The notes beneath the pieces are model-generated. The model was not told the DNA's origin and searched no databases. It was given only the letters and a program-made list of their open reading frames with translations. A stretch of 64,000 nucleotides of DNA, taken from contig JAEYQO010000104.1 in NCBI GenBank assembly GCA_023409975.1, positions 1,157 through 65,156 on the forward strand, given 5' to 3'. The stretch is from Bacteroidota bacterium (GTDB lineage: Bacteria > Bacteroidota > Bacteroidia > Chitinophagales > Chitinophagaceae). Every line of letters starts with the position of its first letter. The first letter of the stretch is position 1. This document shows positions 34,099 through 45,001 of this stretch, piece by piece. The translations under genes and the position numbers were made by a program.

Positions 34099-35241
34099 AT
34101 GTTGTTGCGCACGGTTATTCTGACGCTCCTGGTATCGATGCTTGTGATCACCTCTACTGCACAGGATAGTAGCGGCCTTCGTATTACATTGCTTACCTGC
34201 GGTACGGGCACTCAGCCCTGGGAAACATTCGGTCATTCAGGGGTCAGAGTTATCGATAGCTTTCGGGGCACTGACAATGTCTACAATTACGGAACTTTTA
34301 ATGGATATGATGAAGACTTTCTGATCAAATTCACCAGAGGAAAGCTTGATTATTATCTTTCTTACTATCCCTATACCGAATTTATTCGTGAATATGCCGA
34401 GGCTGGGAGAAGTGTCAGAGAACAGGAGCTTTTACTTAATTCCGGAGCAAAGCTGTCGATTTACCGATTCCTGCAATGGAATGCAGCCGAAGAGAACCGG
34501 TATTATAAGTACGATTTCTTTTTTGATAACTGCGCCACAAGAATAAGAGATGTTTTCCCCGAATCTTTGGGAGAAGGATTCAGCTTTGGAAAAGCTTTGC
34601 CGGAAGGTGTAAAGCTTAGTTTCAGAGACATCATCAATCAGTACTTCTACAGAGTACACTGGCAGCGGTTTGGTGTCAATTTGCTTTTAGGTAGCCGGAT
34701 AGACAAGACCATGTCTAACGAGGATATTATGTTTCTGCCTGACTTCCTCAGCGAAGGAATTCGCACTGCCACGATACAAAACACCCGTATTTCTACCGAT
34801 CCGGTCCCTGTTGTAACGGCTGGTGAACAAGCGGGAGTGGGTGTAAACGGACCCTTAATTCTGATGCTTGCTCTTCTGGCACTGACGATGGGAGGCGTTT
34901 TCCATTCTGGCCTCCATCGTTTTATCAGTTTTCTTCTACTGTTCCTCACAGGGTTCATCGGCTGCTTTATTCTAGTAATGTGGTTTGGCACAGATCATCA
35001 GGCTTGTCAGAACAACTACAACCTTTTATGGGCACTGCCAACAAATCTCATCCTGGCATTTGGACGAAGGAGCAGAAAGGATCGCTATGCATTAATCGGC
35101 ATGTTTCTGATCCTGATCAGTTTTCTGCTGCATATTCTTGAAGTTCAGCAACTATTGCTGCCAGAGTTTGCTCCTTTACTACTGGCCTTGCTGCTGACCT
35201 ATGGCATGATTTATAGGAATAGTAAACTGAAGACAACCTGA
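34099..35241 (+). CDS. DUF4105 (Lnb N-terminal periplasmic domain) membrane protein
   Basis: ITLLTCGTGTQPWETFGHSGVRVIDS..DNVYNYGTF... followed by several C-terminal TM helices, the typical DUF4105 layout. Confidence 0.7.
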   Translation: MLLRTVILTLLVSMLVITSTAQDSSGLRITLLTCGTGTQPWETFGHSGVRVIDSFRGTDNVYNYGTFNGYDEDFLIKFTRGKLDYYLSYYPYTEFIREYAEAGRSVREQELLLNSGAKLSIYRFLQWNAAEENRYYKYDFFFDNCATRIRDVFPESLGEGFSFGKALPEGVKLSFRDIINQYFYRVHWQRFGVNLLLGSRIDKTMSNEDIMFLPDFLSEGIRTATIQNTRISTDPVPVVTAGEQAGVGVNGPLILMLALLALTMGGVFHSGLHRFISFLLLFLTGFIGCFILVMWFGTDHQACQNNYNLLWALPTNLILAFGRRSRKDRYALIGMFLILISFLLHILEVQQLLLPEFAPLLLALLLTYGMIYRNSKLKTT

Positions 35242-36050
35242 TGCAAACGATCCAGCTAAATACTGACAAACAAACTATTTCCTATCGTAAAACTGGTGCC
35301 GGACCGGTAGCTATTTTGATTCACGGATTTCCGGAAGACGGTTCACTTTGGGAACCGGTGGTACCAGTACTGGCTTCCACTTTCACCGTCATTTGCCCGG
35401 ACATACCTGGTGCAGGCAGTAGTACTCTTTCGCAGGTTCAGAACCAGACGATAGAATCACTTTCTGGCTTCCTGAACGATATTTACAGACAAGAGGATAT
35501 AGCGGAAGCAGTGCTTGTAGGTCATTCTATGGGTGGCTATCTGGCATTGGCTTTTCTGGAAAGCTACCCTGAAAAAGTAAAGGGTATTTCTTTGGTACAT
35601 TCTACCGCTACCGCAGATTCCGAAGAAAAGAAGGAAATGCGCCGCAAAGCTGTTGCGTTAATTTCTAAGGGCGGAAAGGAGGCATTTGTAAAAGGGATGA
35701 TACCGAACCTTTTCTCTGATGCCTTCAAAACAGATCAACCGGCACAACTTGAAAGGCAGGTTCAGCGGGGACTGAAGCTGAGATCAGAGTCGATGGCAGC
35801 TTTTTACACTGCTATGATGAACAGGCAGGATCGAACAGGTAACTTGAAGGATAATGCAAAACCTGTGCAGTGGGTCATAGGAAAGGAAGACTCGGTAGTG
35901 CCCCTGAATCTCGCATTGTCACAGGCAAGATTGAGCCAGACCACCTTTGTTTCACTATACGAAAACTGTGGTCACATGAGTATGCTGGAACAACCTGAAA
36001 AGCTTTCAGGCGACCTGCGAGACTTTCTGGCTTACTGTTATAATCGTTAA
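35241..36050 (+). CDS. Alpha/beta-fold hydrolase
   Basis: ILIHGFPEDGSLW, nucleophile elbow VGHSMGG, C-terminal CGHMSMLEQP. ATGA overlap with the upstream gene. Confidence 0.85.
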   Translation: MQTIQLNTDKQTISYRKTGAGPVAILIHGFPEDGSLWEPVVPVLASTFTVICPDIPGAGSSTLSQVQNQTIESLSGFLNDIYRQEDIAEAVLVGHSMGGYLALAFLESYPEKVKGISLVHSTATADSEEKKEMRRKAVALISKGGKEAFVKGMIPNLFSDAFKTDQPAQLERQVQRGLKLRSESMAAFYTAMMNRQDRTGNLKDNAKPVQWVIGKEDSVVPLNLALSQARLSQTTFVSLYENCGHMSMLEQPEKLSGDLRDFLAYCYNR

Positions 36051-36060
36051 CTTAGTAGTG

Positions 36061-37986
36061 ATGAAGCGCTGGTGTCGTTACAGTTTGATTCTGATGATAT
36101 TGCTTCTGGGAGCACTGCCAGCCACAGCTTCGCATATTGTAGGTGGCGATTTCACCTATAAGTGTTTAGGTCCAACCGGAAATGGCAGTTATCTCTATGA
36201 AGTAAGACTTGATATATATCAAGACTGTATAAGTGGTTTACCCGCAGCGATCGCAGAAGACAATCCTGCTTTTTTTGGTGTTTTTGATGCTGTTACCGGT
36301 CTCATGGTCGACACCTTCAATGTGTCGTTGGCAAATAGCATAATGGTTCCCCCGAATTTTTCCAACGACTGTATCAACCAGATACCTCCCATTTGTTTGC
36401 GGAGGGCAACGTTCATCACTAGTATTAATCTTCCGCAGAATACCGGTGGTTATAAGATTGTTTACCAGAGGTGCTGCCGCAATAGCGCCATCCTGAACAT
36501 TCTGAATCCAGCCAATGTTGGTGCTACCTACGAAGCCACCATACCACCAGTATCCGTAGCCTCCTGTAACAATAGTGCGGTTTTTAGGAACTATCCTCCA
36601 CAGATCATCTGTATCAATAACCCTCTTTTTTATGATCATTCGGCGGTTGACCCAGATGGCGATTCATTGAGCTACGAGTTTTGTACATCTTATGTCGGCG
36701 GTTCGACTACCGATGCTAAACCTATTCCTTCTGCCCCACCTTATCAACCCGTTACGTATGCACCTAATTTTTCTGCTCAGGTTCCTATGGCTGGAAATCC
36801 CGTAATTCAGATCCACCCGGTTACTGGTATGATCTCCGGCACTACCAATTTGATAGGGCGCTTTGTAGTTACTGTCTGCTGCCATGAATGGCGCAACGGA
36901 GTGATCATCAACACAGTAAAGCGGGAGTTTCAGTTCGAGGTGACCAATTGTTCCAAGGCGGTAGTAGCCAACATTCCACAGTATTCCGAGGAGTTTAATA
37001 CCTATATCGTCAATTGTGAAGATTATACCGTCAAGTTCGATAACCTCAGCACAGGTGGGTTTGATTATTCCTGGGATTTCGGCGTGCCTAATATGCAGAA
37101 TGATACTTCAGATCAATTCGAGCCCGTCTTTACCTATCCTGACACAGGTACCTATGTAGTGAAGCTGGTTGTAAACCGTGGGTCTACCTGTCCGGATAGT
37201 ATTCAGCGCTTCGTTAAAGTCTATCCGGTTTTTAAAGGAGATTTTTCTGTCGGTGGTCTTGAATGTCCTGGGGTCGATCGGCAATTCACCGACCTGAGTA
37301 CATCAACCTATACTCCCGTTAGTTTCTGGGTTTGGAATTTCGATGACGGTTTCACTTCGACAGATCAGCACCCCGTTCATGTCTACGATAGTGGTGGGCT
37401 ATACAACGTCACCTTAATCTCAGGTAACCAGAAAGGCTGTCTGGATACGGTACAGAAAGAGGTTTTTGTAGAGGATTTCAGACCCTTCGCAGGCAACGAC
37501 ACAGTTATTGTTAAGGGAGAATATATCAATTACAGGGCCCGCGGCGGGGTAGAGTACACCTGGACACCCGGTACCAATCTCAGTGATACGACAATCCGGA
37601 ATCCAGTAGGGTTTTACCCGGAAGTGGGAGAGTTCAGTTATCATGTCCACATCAAAAGCGCCTATAGTTGCGAAGGAGACGACACGATCAATGTCAGGGT
37701 TGTAAACCAGTCTTCGGTCTTCGTGCCTACGGGTTTTACACCCAATGGAGATGGCAGAAATGACAAGCTCAGACCACTCGGGGTCGGCTACAGGAATATC
37801 AACTACTTCCGGGTTTTTAACCGGTGGGGCCAGCAAGTCTTTTATACCACTCAGTTCGATGAAGGGTGGGACGGTACCATCAATGGCGTTCCGCAGGATC
37901 TCGGCACCTATTTCTGGATTCTAAGCCTTACCAACCGGTTTGGAAAGGAGGAGGTCATCAAAGGTGATTCTGCCCTTCTCAGATAA
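36061..37986 (+). CDS. PKD-domain surface protein with gliding-motility-associated (T9SS type-B) C-terminal domain
   Basis: Signal peptide; PKD-like FDYSWDFG...FTYPDTGTYVVKLVV and WNFDDGF...HVYDSGGLYNVTLI; C-terminal VFVPTGFTPNGDGRNDKLRP...FRVFNRWGQQVFYT...GWDGTINGVPQDLGTYFWIL. ATG at 36061 (the listed start 36058 is GTG). Confidence 0.85.
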   Translation: MKRWCRYSLILMILLLGALPATASHIVGGDFTYKCLGPTGNGSYLYEVRLDIYQDCISGLPAAIAEDNPAFFGVFDAVTGLMVDTFNVSLANSIMVPPNFSNDCINQIPPICLRRATFITSINLPQNTGGYKIVYQRCCRNSAILNILNPANVGATYEATIPPVSVASCNNSAVFRNYPPQIICINNPLFYDHSAVDPDGDSLSYEFCTSYVGGSTTDAKPIPSAPPYQPVTYAPNFSAQVPMAGNPVIQIHPVTGMISGTTNLIGRFVVTVCCHEWRNGVIINTVKREFQFEVTNCSKAVVANIPQYSEEFNTYIVNCEDYTVKFDNLSTGGFDYSWDFGVPNMQNDTSDQFEPVFTYPDTGTYVVKLVVNRGSTCPDSIQRFVKVYPVFKGDFSVGGLECPGVDRQFTDLSTSTYTPVSFWVWNFDDGFTSTDQHPVHVYDSGGLYNVTLISGNQKGCLDTVQKEVFVEDFRPFAGNDTVIVKGEYINYRARGGVEYTWTPGTNLSDTTIRNPVGFYPEVGEFSYHVHIKSAYSCEGDDTINVRVVNQSSVFVPTGFTPNGDGRNDKLRPLGVGYRNINYFRVFNRWGQQVFYTTQFDEGWDGTINGVPQDLGTYFWILSLTNRFGKEEVIKGDSALLR

Positions 37987-38043
37987 TTCCGGCTATTCTT
38001 CGGTCTTTTCAAAGAACCTATCTTTACCCCCAAGGTTACAGGA

Positions 38044-38811
38044 ATGAATAAAACCATCATGATTACCGGAGCTACCTCCGGGTTTGGAAAGGCTATCGCA
38101 GAATTATTCGCAAGGAATGGTTACAAGTTAATTATTACTGGTCGCCGATCTGACAGATTAGAATCTCTGAAGAAGGAACTTTCAAATGAGTTTGGAACTC
38201 AGATTACAACTCTATGCTTCGATATCCGCGACCGGAAGGCTGTAGAACAGGCCATCGCTTCACTGGGTGAAGACCGGCAGATCGACATCCTGGTAAATAA
38301 CGCCGGCCTCGCTGCAGGTATGACTTCCATCGAAGACGGTGATCCTGATGATTGGGATCTTATGATCGATACTAATGTCAAGGGGCTTTTGTATGTCAGC
38401 AGACAGGTGTTGCCTTTGATGAAGAACCGCGGCAATGGCCACGTGTTCAATATTGGTTCCACAGCCGGAAAAGTGGTTTATAAGCATGGAAACGTTTATA
38501 ATGCAACTAAGTTTGCAGTCGATGCTTTAAACCAGGCAATGCGCATTGATTTGCTCCCCTATGGTATCAAAGTGACTGCTATTAATCCCGGTATGGCAGA
38601 AACCGAGTTCTCCCTGGTAAGATTTAAGGGTGACAATCAGCGTGCAGCGCAGGTGTATCAGGGGGTGCAACCTCTTCGACCGGAGGATATTGCGGACGTC
38701 ATATTTTACTGCGCAAACCTGCCTCCTCATGTCTGTATTAACGACCTGACCATGACCTGTTCGCGTCAGGCTAATAGTATTTACACCATCAGGGAGGGAG
38801 AGATGGTCTAA
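38044..38811 (+). CDS. SDR-family NAD(P)-dependent oxidoreductase (YdfG-like)
   Basis: ITGATSGFGKAIA, NNAG, Y..YNATK catalytic motif (VYNATKFAV). Confidence 0.9.
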   Translation: MNKTIMITGATSGFGKAIAELFARNGYKLIITGRRSDRLESLKKELSNEFGTQITTLCFDIRDRKAVEQAIASLGEDRQIDILVNNAGLAAGMTSIEDGDPDDWDLMIDTNVKGLLYVSRQVLPLMKNRGNGHVFNIGSTAGKVVYKHGNVYNATKFAVDALNQAMRIDLLPYGIKVTAINPGMAETEFSLVRFKGDNQRAAQVYQGVQPLRPEDIADVIFYCANLPPHVCINDLTMTCSRQANSIYTIREGEMV

Positions 38812-38813
38812 CT

Positions 38814-39236
38814 ATGTATACCGCTACTACACAGATCAGGGTCAGGTATGGAGAAACGGACCAAATGGGGTACCTCTATTACGGAAACTATGCGCTCTAC
38901 TATGAAGTAGGAAGGGCAGAAGCCATTCGTGAACTGGGTTTCACATACAGAGAACTTGAAGAAATGGGCATTATGATGCCAGTGGTCAAGTTGCAATGTG
39001 ATTTTCTCAGACCAGCACTTTATGATAATCTCATAACAGTAAAAACAATCCTCAGGGAACTACCCACGGGATCAAGTATTCAATTCCACTCAGAACTTTA
39101 TAATGAGGATGACCAATTACTGAACCGGGGCATTACTACTCTGGTATTCTACGATCCCCTCGCAAAGAAAAAGGTGACCATGCCACCGGAACTGCTGAAC
39201 CGGCTACGTACATTTTTTGAAGAATCAGATCCATGA
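38814..39236 (+). CDS. Acyl-CoA thioesterase (4HBT/YbgC family)
   Basis: IRVRYGETDQMGYLYYGNYALYYEVGRAEAIRELG is the hotdog-fold 4HBT signature. Confidence 0.85.
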   Translation: MYTATTQIRVRYGETDQMGYLYYGNYALYYEVGRAEAIRELGFTYRELEEMGIMMPVVKLQCDFLRPALYDNLITVKTILRELPTGSSIQFHSELYNEDDQLLNRGITTLVFYDPLAKKKVTMPPELLNRLRTFFEESDP

Positions 39237-40495
39237 CAATAGCAAACGCATCAATTATCACCATCGGTGATGAACTACTCATAGGTCAGACGATCGATAC
39301 TAATTCAGCGTGGATGGCACAACACCTGAACGCTATCGGTATTCAAGTCATCCGAAGAGTGGCGATAGGAGATGACAAGGAAGCCATCAAAAATACGCTG
39401 GACGAAGAACTAAACCATTCGGACATAGTCCTGATCACCGGAGGACTAGGCCCCACTGCAGATGATATCACCAAACCCACACTTTGCGAGTACTTTGGAA
39501 GTCACCTGGTCGTTAATGAACAGGTTTTGGAGCAGGTGACACAAAGGTTTGCCAAAAGAAACCTTCCGATACTTGAAAGGAACACCAGGCAAGCAGAAGT
39601 ACCGGATAATTGTACAGTTCTGTACAATGCGAAAGGGACAGCACCTGGCATGTTGTTCGAGAAAGTAGTGCACAACAGGAAGAAGCTGATTGTATCGATG
39701 CCCGGAGTGCCTTATGAAATGATGTATGTAATGGAGGAGCATGTACTGCCGTATGTTCAACAGCATTTCACTGGTAAGGCCATCATTCACAAGTCTGTTC
39801 TTACAGCAGGATTAGGAGAAAGTTTCGTCGCCGAACGTATCCGTGATCTTGAGGAAGCGCTACCTGATCATATCAGGTTAGCTTATCTGCCCGGACCGAT
39901 GACGGTTACCCTGCGCCTTTCGGGAACTTGCGAGGATAAGCTGCGTCTCGAGAAAGAAATGCAATTGCGGCAGGAGGAAATAGCCAATCGACTTTCTGAA
40001 CTTGTTGTCGCACTGGATGATTCACCACTGGAGTTCTCCATAGGGAAGGAGTTGACGGTCAGGGGCGAGACAATCGGCCTGGCCGAAAGCTGCACCGGCG
40101 GCTTCGTTGCCCATCGCATTACGCAGGTAATGGGTTCTGCAAAGTATTTCCAGGGCTCTGTGGTTTGCTACCAGAATGAAATCAAGGAATCTATGGTTGA
40201 TGTTCCTCCGGATCTGCTGGAGGAAAAAGGGGCTGTATGTGAAGAGGTGGCTGTGGCCATGGCAAAAGGTGCCCGAAGTCGGCTGAAAAGCAACTACGGC
40301 TTCGGTGTCACCGGACTCCTGAGCCCCGGAGGTTCGGAGGATGCCCCTGTGGGAACAGTCTGGATGGCTATTACCGATGGCGAAAAAACCGTAACCAAAA
40401 TGTACCGGTTTAGTTTTGACCGGTTACGCAATAAGGAAGCTTCTGTGAATCTGAGTCTGATGCTGATACTACGGTTCATACAAGGAAAGGCATGA
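39233..40495 (+). CDS. cinA: CinA family protein (MoCF-binding domain + nicotinamide-nucleotide amidohydrolase PncC domain)
   Basis: ASIITIGDELLIGQTIDTNSAWMAQ...ITGGLGPTADDIT...; C-terminal IGLAESCTGGFVAHRIT..GSAKYF.GSVVCY. Confidence 0.9.
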   Translation: MTIANASIITIGDELLIGQTIDTNSAWMAQHLNAIGIQVIRRVAIGDDKEAIKNTLDEELNHSDIVLITGGLGPTADDITKPTLCEYFGSHLVVNEQVLEQVTQRFAKRNLPILERNTRQAEVPDNCTVLYNAKGTAPGMLFEKVVHNRKKLIVSMPGVPYEMMYVMEEHVLPYVQQHFTGKAIIHKSVLTAGLGESFVAERIRDLEEALPDHIRLAYLPGPMTVTLRLSGTCEDKLRLEKEMQLRQEEIANRLSELVVALDDSPLEFSIGKELTVRGETIGLAESCTGGFVAHRITQVMGSAKYFQGSVVCYQNEIKESMVDVPPDLLEEKGAVCEEVAVAMAKGARSRLKSNYGFGVTGLLSPGGSEDAPVGTVWMAITDGEKTVTKMYRFSFDRLRNKEASVNLSLMLILRFIQGKA

Positions 40496-41016
40496 AGCAG
40501 TTCATATTTCTAACCGGTATGCCCGGTTCGGGAAAGTCCTGGTGGGGCCGCCACCTCTCAGCAGCTTGTGAAATCCCGTTTATCGATCTTGATGAGGTTG
40601 TCGAGCAGAAGACCAATCTGTCCATTGCAGCGATTATTCAAAGATATGGCGAGCCTGCATTTCGCGAGCTTGAAACAAGGTTTCTTCAGGAAGTGATCTC
40701 CAGTGCTTCAGAACCAATACTTCTCAGCACAGGTGGTGGGGCAATTCTTTCCAAAGACAACCGTCGGCTTTTCAAACAACACGGCTATACGATTTATCTC
40801 AAGGCAGGTATCGATTTCCTTATGGAACGTCTTCGGGATGAACTACATCTGCGTCCGCTTTTGACTTCTGGCCCAGACCTGCGTACGAGATTGGAGGAAC
40901 TACTGATCCTCCGAAAACCCATGTATGAACAGTCTGACCTAATTTTGCAGGTAGAACACCTCCAGGCGGAGGAATTTGAACGAATTATCCGAACATGTAT
41001 AGAACAGCAATCGTAA
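40492..41016 (+). CDS. aroK: Shikimate kinase
   Basis: IFLTGMPGSGKSWWGRHLS (P-loop), IPFIDLDEVVEQ, FRELE, LSTGGGA. Confidence 0.9.
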   Translation: MKQFIFLTGMPGSGKSWWGRHLSAACEIPFIDLDEVVEQKTNLSIAAIIQRYGEPAFRELETRFLQEVISSASEPILLSTGGGAILSKDNRRLFKQHGYTIYLKAGIDFLMERLRDELHLRPLLTSGPDLRTRLEELLILRKPMYEQSDLILQVEHLQAEEFERIIRTCIEQQS

Positions 41017-41390
41017 CAGGATCCGTGTTTGCAGGGTTAGGTATCATTCTGGGAGCTTTTGGAGCCCATGCGCTTAAACCACTTTTGACGCCAGAACAAC
41101 TGGTTACCTTCGAAACTGCGGTTCGTTATCAGATGTATCATGCGTTCGGTTTACTTTTTTCGGGGTTGTTACATCATCTGGTACCGTCCAGATTGCTTCG
41201 TACCGCCGCTGTTTTTTTTATTATCGGAATTTTTCTTTTCAGCGGCTCTCTCTACGCCATCACCTTGCTAAAGATGCAGGGTGAGGTAGGTCTTGGCGGG
41301 GTGGGCATCATCACTCCCATTGGCGGCTTATTCTTTATTCTTGGCTGGATATTCCTCGTGCTGGCATCTCTGTCCAGACGTCTTTCCTGA
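40995..41390 (+). CDS. DUF423 family membrane protein
   Basis: Four TM segments; GAFGAHALK...AVRYQMYHAF is typical of DUF423. Confidence 0.75.
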   Translation: MYRTAIVTGSVFAGLGIILGAFGAHALKPLLTPEQLVTFETAVRYQMYHAFGLLFSGLLHHLVPSRLLRTAAVFFIIGIFLFSGSLYAITLLKMQGEVGLGGVGIITPIGGLFFILGWIFLVLASLSRRLS

Positions 41391-41502
41391 AGAAGATCCC
41401 TCCTTCACATCCATTAAATCATAGTTTGGTAGTTTCGTAGAAGCTACCGGGTTTGAATTTTGTGTCAGCCCGGGTAATTGTATTCATTATAACCATACTG
41501 CC

Positions 41503-42573
41503 ATGAAGGAAATCTTAGATCAAAGCTATTGGGGTAACAGTTTACGCGACTATTTGATTGCAGCAGGCGTAACTATCGTCACACTGCTGATCATTAGTGT
41601 CATCAATATACTTGTTGTTAGAAAACTGAAAAGAATCACGGAGAAGACCGACAACAGGATAGATGATTACCTGATTGCACTCGTACAGAAAAGCATTATG
41701 CCGCTGTTATTCGTCGGTTGCATCTACGCGGGGGTCAGAACTCTTAGAATCGAAGCGCGTTACCTGAAGTTTATTGAAAATATCTGGATGGTGATTTTCA
41801 CCTTCTTTGCCATCCGCCTCATCGCATCTTTCGTCGAGTTTTTGCTGAAAGGTTATGTGAAGCGCCGTTTTGCAGCATCCGACAGGAGAAAAGAAGTACG
41901 CGGTATGCTCCTCATTCTGAAAGCCATACTCTGGGTCCTTGGTTTTGTGTTTCTACTCGACAATATGGGCTATAATGTCACTACCGTCATTACAGGTCTT
42001 GGTATCGGCGGTATCGCCGTTGCGCTGGCTGCGCAAACCGTCCTGGGTGACCTTTTTGCCTATTTTATCATCTTCTTCGACAGGCCGTTTGAAATAGGCG
42101 ATTTCATCATAGTAGGGGATAAAATGGGGACCATCGAAACTGTGGGGCTGAAGACTACCCGAATTCGAAGTCTCGGTGGTGAAGAAGTGATCTTCTCAAA
42201 TAAGGATCTGACTGAAGCCCGCCTGCACAACTATAAACGGATGGGCCGCAGGAGGGTAGTATTCAAGTTTCGCGTTGTTTATAGCACACCGGCTGCTATG
42301 TTGGAAGCGATCCCTGAAATCGTAAAGAAAGCTATAGAAGATGCAGAGGATACGACTTTCGACAGGGCTCATTTTTTCGCGTTCGGCGACAGTAGTCTCG
42401 ACTTTGAGGTGGTCTACTATGTTGAGTCTTCAGACTATAATGTCTATATGGATAAACAACAGACGATCAACCTGACAATTTTCCGCGAGTTTGAAAGCAG
42501 GGGAATCGGTTTTGCCTTCCCGACACGCACACTCTACCTCAACCATGAAACAAAACAGGAGCCACTTTCGTGA
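41503..42573 (+). CDS. Mechanosensitive ion channel (MscS family)
   Basis: TM region followed by GIGGIAVALAAQTVLGDLFAYFIIFFDRPFEIGDFIIVGDKMGTIETVGLKTTRIRSLGGEEVIFSN (MscS pore/beta domain). Confidence 0.9.
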   Translation: MKEILDQSYWGNSLRDYLIAAGVTIVTLLIISVINILVVRKLKRITEKTDNRIDDYLIALVQKSIMPLLFVGCIYAGVRTLRIEARYLKFIENIWMVIFTFFAIRLIASFVEFLLKGYVKRRFAASDRRKEVRGMLLILKAILWVLGFVFLLDNMGYNVTTVITGLGIGGIAVALAAQTVLGDLFAYFIIFFDRPFEIGDFIIVGDKMGTIETVGLKTTRIRSLGGEEVIFSNKDLTEARLHNYKRMGRRRVVFKFRVVYSTPAAMLEAIPEIVKKAIEDAEDTTFDRAHFFAFGDSSLDFEVVYYVESSDYNVYMDKQQTINLTIFREFESRGIGFAFPTRTLYLNHETKQEPLS

Positions 42574-42607
42574 CTCCTGTCTGTTTCTTATCAAAAATGA
42601 CTGCCTG

Positions 42608-45001
42608 CTATTCGGCCATCATTTCCTGAATAACTCCTGCTATGTCCTCCGCATTGGGTTTTGAGAAGTAATCGCCGTCCGTGGCATAGGCAGGGCGATG
42701 AGATTGTGCAGTAATAGTGCGAGGTGCAACATCCAGCCAGCGGTATCCGCCCTGTTGTTCCATCACCTGCTGGAACATATAAGCCGATGCACCCCCGGGA
42801 ACATCCTCGTCCACAAATACAATTCTATTAGTCTTTTTCAGTGATTCGAGAATAATATGGTTGATGTCAAACGGCAGTAAAGTACGAACGTCCACTATTT
42901 CACAACTGATGCCCTGTGGCTCAAGATAGCTGACGACAGCCTCTTCTATGACTCTCAGGGTAGAACCATACGACACGATTGTAATGTCTTCTCCCTCGCG
43001 AATGATCTCAGGTACACCAAACGGCACTGTGTAGGTGTCCAGGTTTGCAGGAAGGTTCTCTTTAAGGCGATATCCATTGAGACACTCAATCACAATACCA
43101 GGTTCGTCGCTGCGGAGTAGCGTATTGTACATTCCGGCTGCCTGGGTCATGTTTCTGGGTACACAGAGATACATGCCCCGGATACTGTTGAGGATCATGC
43201 CTATAGGCGATCCGCTATGCCAGATTCCTTCAAGTCTGTGTCCCCGCGTACGTACGATCAGCGGACACTTCTGTCCTCCCTTTGTACGATAAAGCAGGGT
43301 AGCGACATCATCACTCAATGGCTGCAATCCATAAAGCAGATAATCGAGATATTGTATCTCCGCAATTGGCCTTAGCCCGCGCATGGCCATACCGATGCCC
43401 TGACCAATGATAGAAGCTTCGCGGATACCGGTATCAAATATCCTGAGCTCACCATATTTCTCCTGAAGTCCCGCAAATCCCTGGTTCACATCTCCGATTT
43501 TTCCAAGGTCTTCGCCAAAGGCAAAGACTGCGGGGTTCTTAGCAAAGGTGATATCAAAAAACTTGTTCAATACCTCGTACCCATTGGCCATCTCACCTGT
43601 AAATTGAGCCGGTACTTCTTCCACCTTCATGGCGGAATACCGGGATTCAGAATGTAGATGAGAACTAAACTTGTCTTTGTTTTCCTGTTTCAGCAGCTCA
43701 TAATAACTCCTCAGATTTCTTACTGCCTCACTGTTGCTGCTGGTCATTCCAAGAACCTTCCCGATAGTCTGCATCACATCCTTACGGATCGGTTCCTTAA
43801 TGCTGTTAAGTTGTTGCACAAGGCTGGCGATCTGCTGCCCCTGTGGACCCCCTTCGTAGACGAGTTGGTTTAGCAAGTTCGTAGCCTGCTGAATCTGCTG
43901 ACGAATAGGGTTGATGAAATTATCCCAGGCCCTCTGTTTACTTTCTCTGGCCTCCTGTTTTGCCTCAGCCTCAAGCTGGTTCAGCTCTTCCTCGTTGCAA
44001 ATTTCATTCTCCAGCAGGAAGTCCCGCATTTTTGCCAGACAGTCATATTCTTTTTCCCATTCCAGTCGCTCTTTACTTTTATATCGCTCATGAGAGCCGG
44101 AAGTAGAGTGCCCCTGTGGCTGGGTCACTTCCTGAATATGGAATACTGCGGGAATGTGCGTCTCCCGGACTTTTGCTATTCCATGCTGGATGGTTTCCAC
44201 AAGGCCTGCATAATCCCAGCCTTTAGCTGTATAAATATTGATACCGCCCTTTCTGCTGTCATACTGCATTCCGGACAGTGCTTCAGATATCGAATTCTTG
44301 GTTGTTTGATACTTTCGGGGTACTGAAATACCATAGCCATCATCCCAGATGAATACTGCCAGCGGAACCTGAAGTACTCCTGCTGCGTTAATCGTTTCCC
44401 AGAACAGCCCCTCAGAGGTCGATGCGTCTCCAATGGTACAAAAGACCACCTCATTACCCTTCCTTGTGAATTTTTCAAAGCCCTGCTCCAGCTCTTTTAC
44501 ATTCCGGTAGCATTTGGAGGCAAAGGCAAGCCCCAAAGCCCGGACCATCTGTCCTGCAGTAGGGGAAATATCACTCGAAGATTGTGGTGCTGTTGTCAGG
44601 TCTTTCCAGTCTCCATTGTCATCCAGCCAACGGGTGCCATAGTGACCATTCATCATCCTTCCCCCTGTCGCGGGTTCCTGGGTAATATCAGGATTGGCAT
44701 ATAGCTGAGCGAAAAACTTTTCGATATCACTCATACCCGTAGAGAACATAAGTGTCTGATCCCTGTAATACCCTGAGCGGATATCACCCGGTTGCATGCA
44801 TTTTGCTGCTGCTATTTGCGCCAGCTCCTTGCCATCGCCAAATATTCCAAATTTCGCTTTTCCTGTAAGCACTTCGCGACGGCCGATAAGACTAGCCTCC
44901 CTGCTGGCTACAGCAAGTCGGTAGTCGCGTAGTACCTCCTCTCTGAATTCATCAAAAGACAAACGGCCTGTGGTCTGGGTAGTAGATGCTTGCGTCAACA
45001 T
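42608..45001 (-). CDS. 2-oxoacid dehydrogenase E1 component, fused alpha/beta subunits (TPP-dependent)
   Basis: 797 aa. Alpha part: GDASTSEGLFWETINAAGV (TPP motif). Beta part: FGEDLGKIGDVNQGF...IFDTGIREASIIGQGIGMA. Confidence 0.85.
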   Translation of the reverse strand: MLTQASTTQTTGRLSFDEFREEVLRDYRLAVASREASLIGRREVLTGKAKFGIFGDGKELAQIAAAKCMQPGDIRSGYYRDQTLMFSTGMSDIEKFFAQLYANPDITQEPATGGRMMNGHYGTRWLDDNGDWKDLTTAPQSSSDISPTAGQMVRALGLAFASKCYRNVKELEQGFEKFTRKGNEVVFCTIGDASTSEGLFWETINAAGVLQVPLAVFIWDDGYGISVPRKYQTTKNSISEALSGMQYDSRKGGINIYTAKGWDYAGLVETIQHGIAKVRETHIPAVFHIQEVTQPQGHSTSGSHERYKSKERLEWEKEYDCLAKMRDFLLENEICNEEELNQLEAEAKQEARESKQRAWDNFINPIRQQIQQATNLLNQLVYEGGPQGQQIASLVQQLNSIKEPIRKDVMQTIGKVLGMTSSNSEAVRNLRSYYELLKQENKDKFSSHLHSESRYSAMKVEEVPAQFTGEMANGYEVLNKFFDITFAKNPAVFAFGEDLGKIGDVNQGFAGLQEKYGELRIFDTGIREASIIGQGIGMAMRGLRPIAEIQYLDYLLYGLQPLSDDVATLLYRTKGGQKCPLIVRTRGHRLEGIWHSGSPIGMILNSIRGMYLCVPRNMTQAAGMYNTLLRSDEPGIVIECLNGYRLKENLPANLDTYTVPFGVPEIIREGEDITIVSYGSTLRVIEEAVVSYLEPQGISCEIVDVRTLLPFDINHIILESLKKTNRIVFVDEDVPGGASAYMFQQVMEQQGGYRWLDVAPRTITAQSHRPAYATDGDYFSKPNAEDIAGVIQEMMAE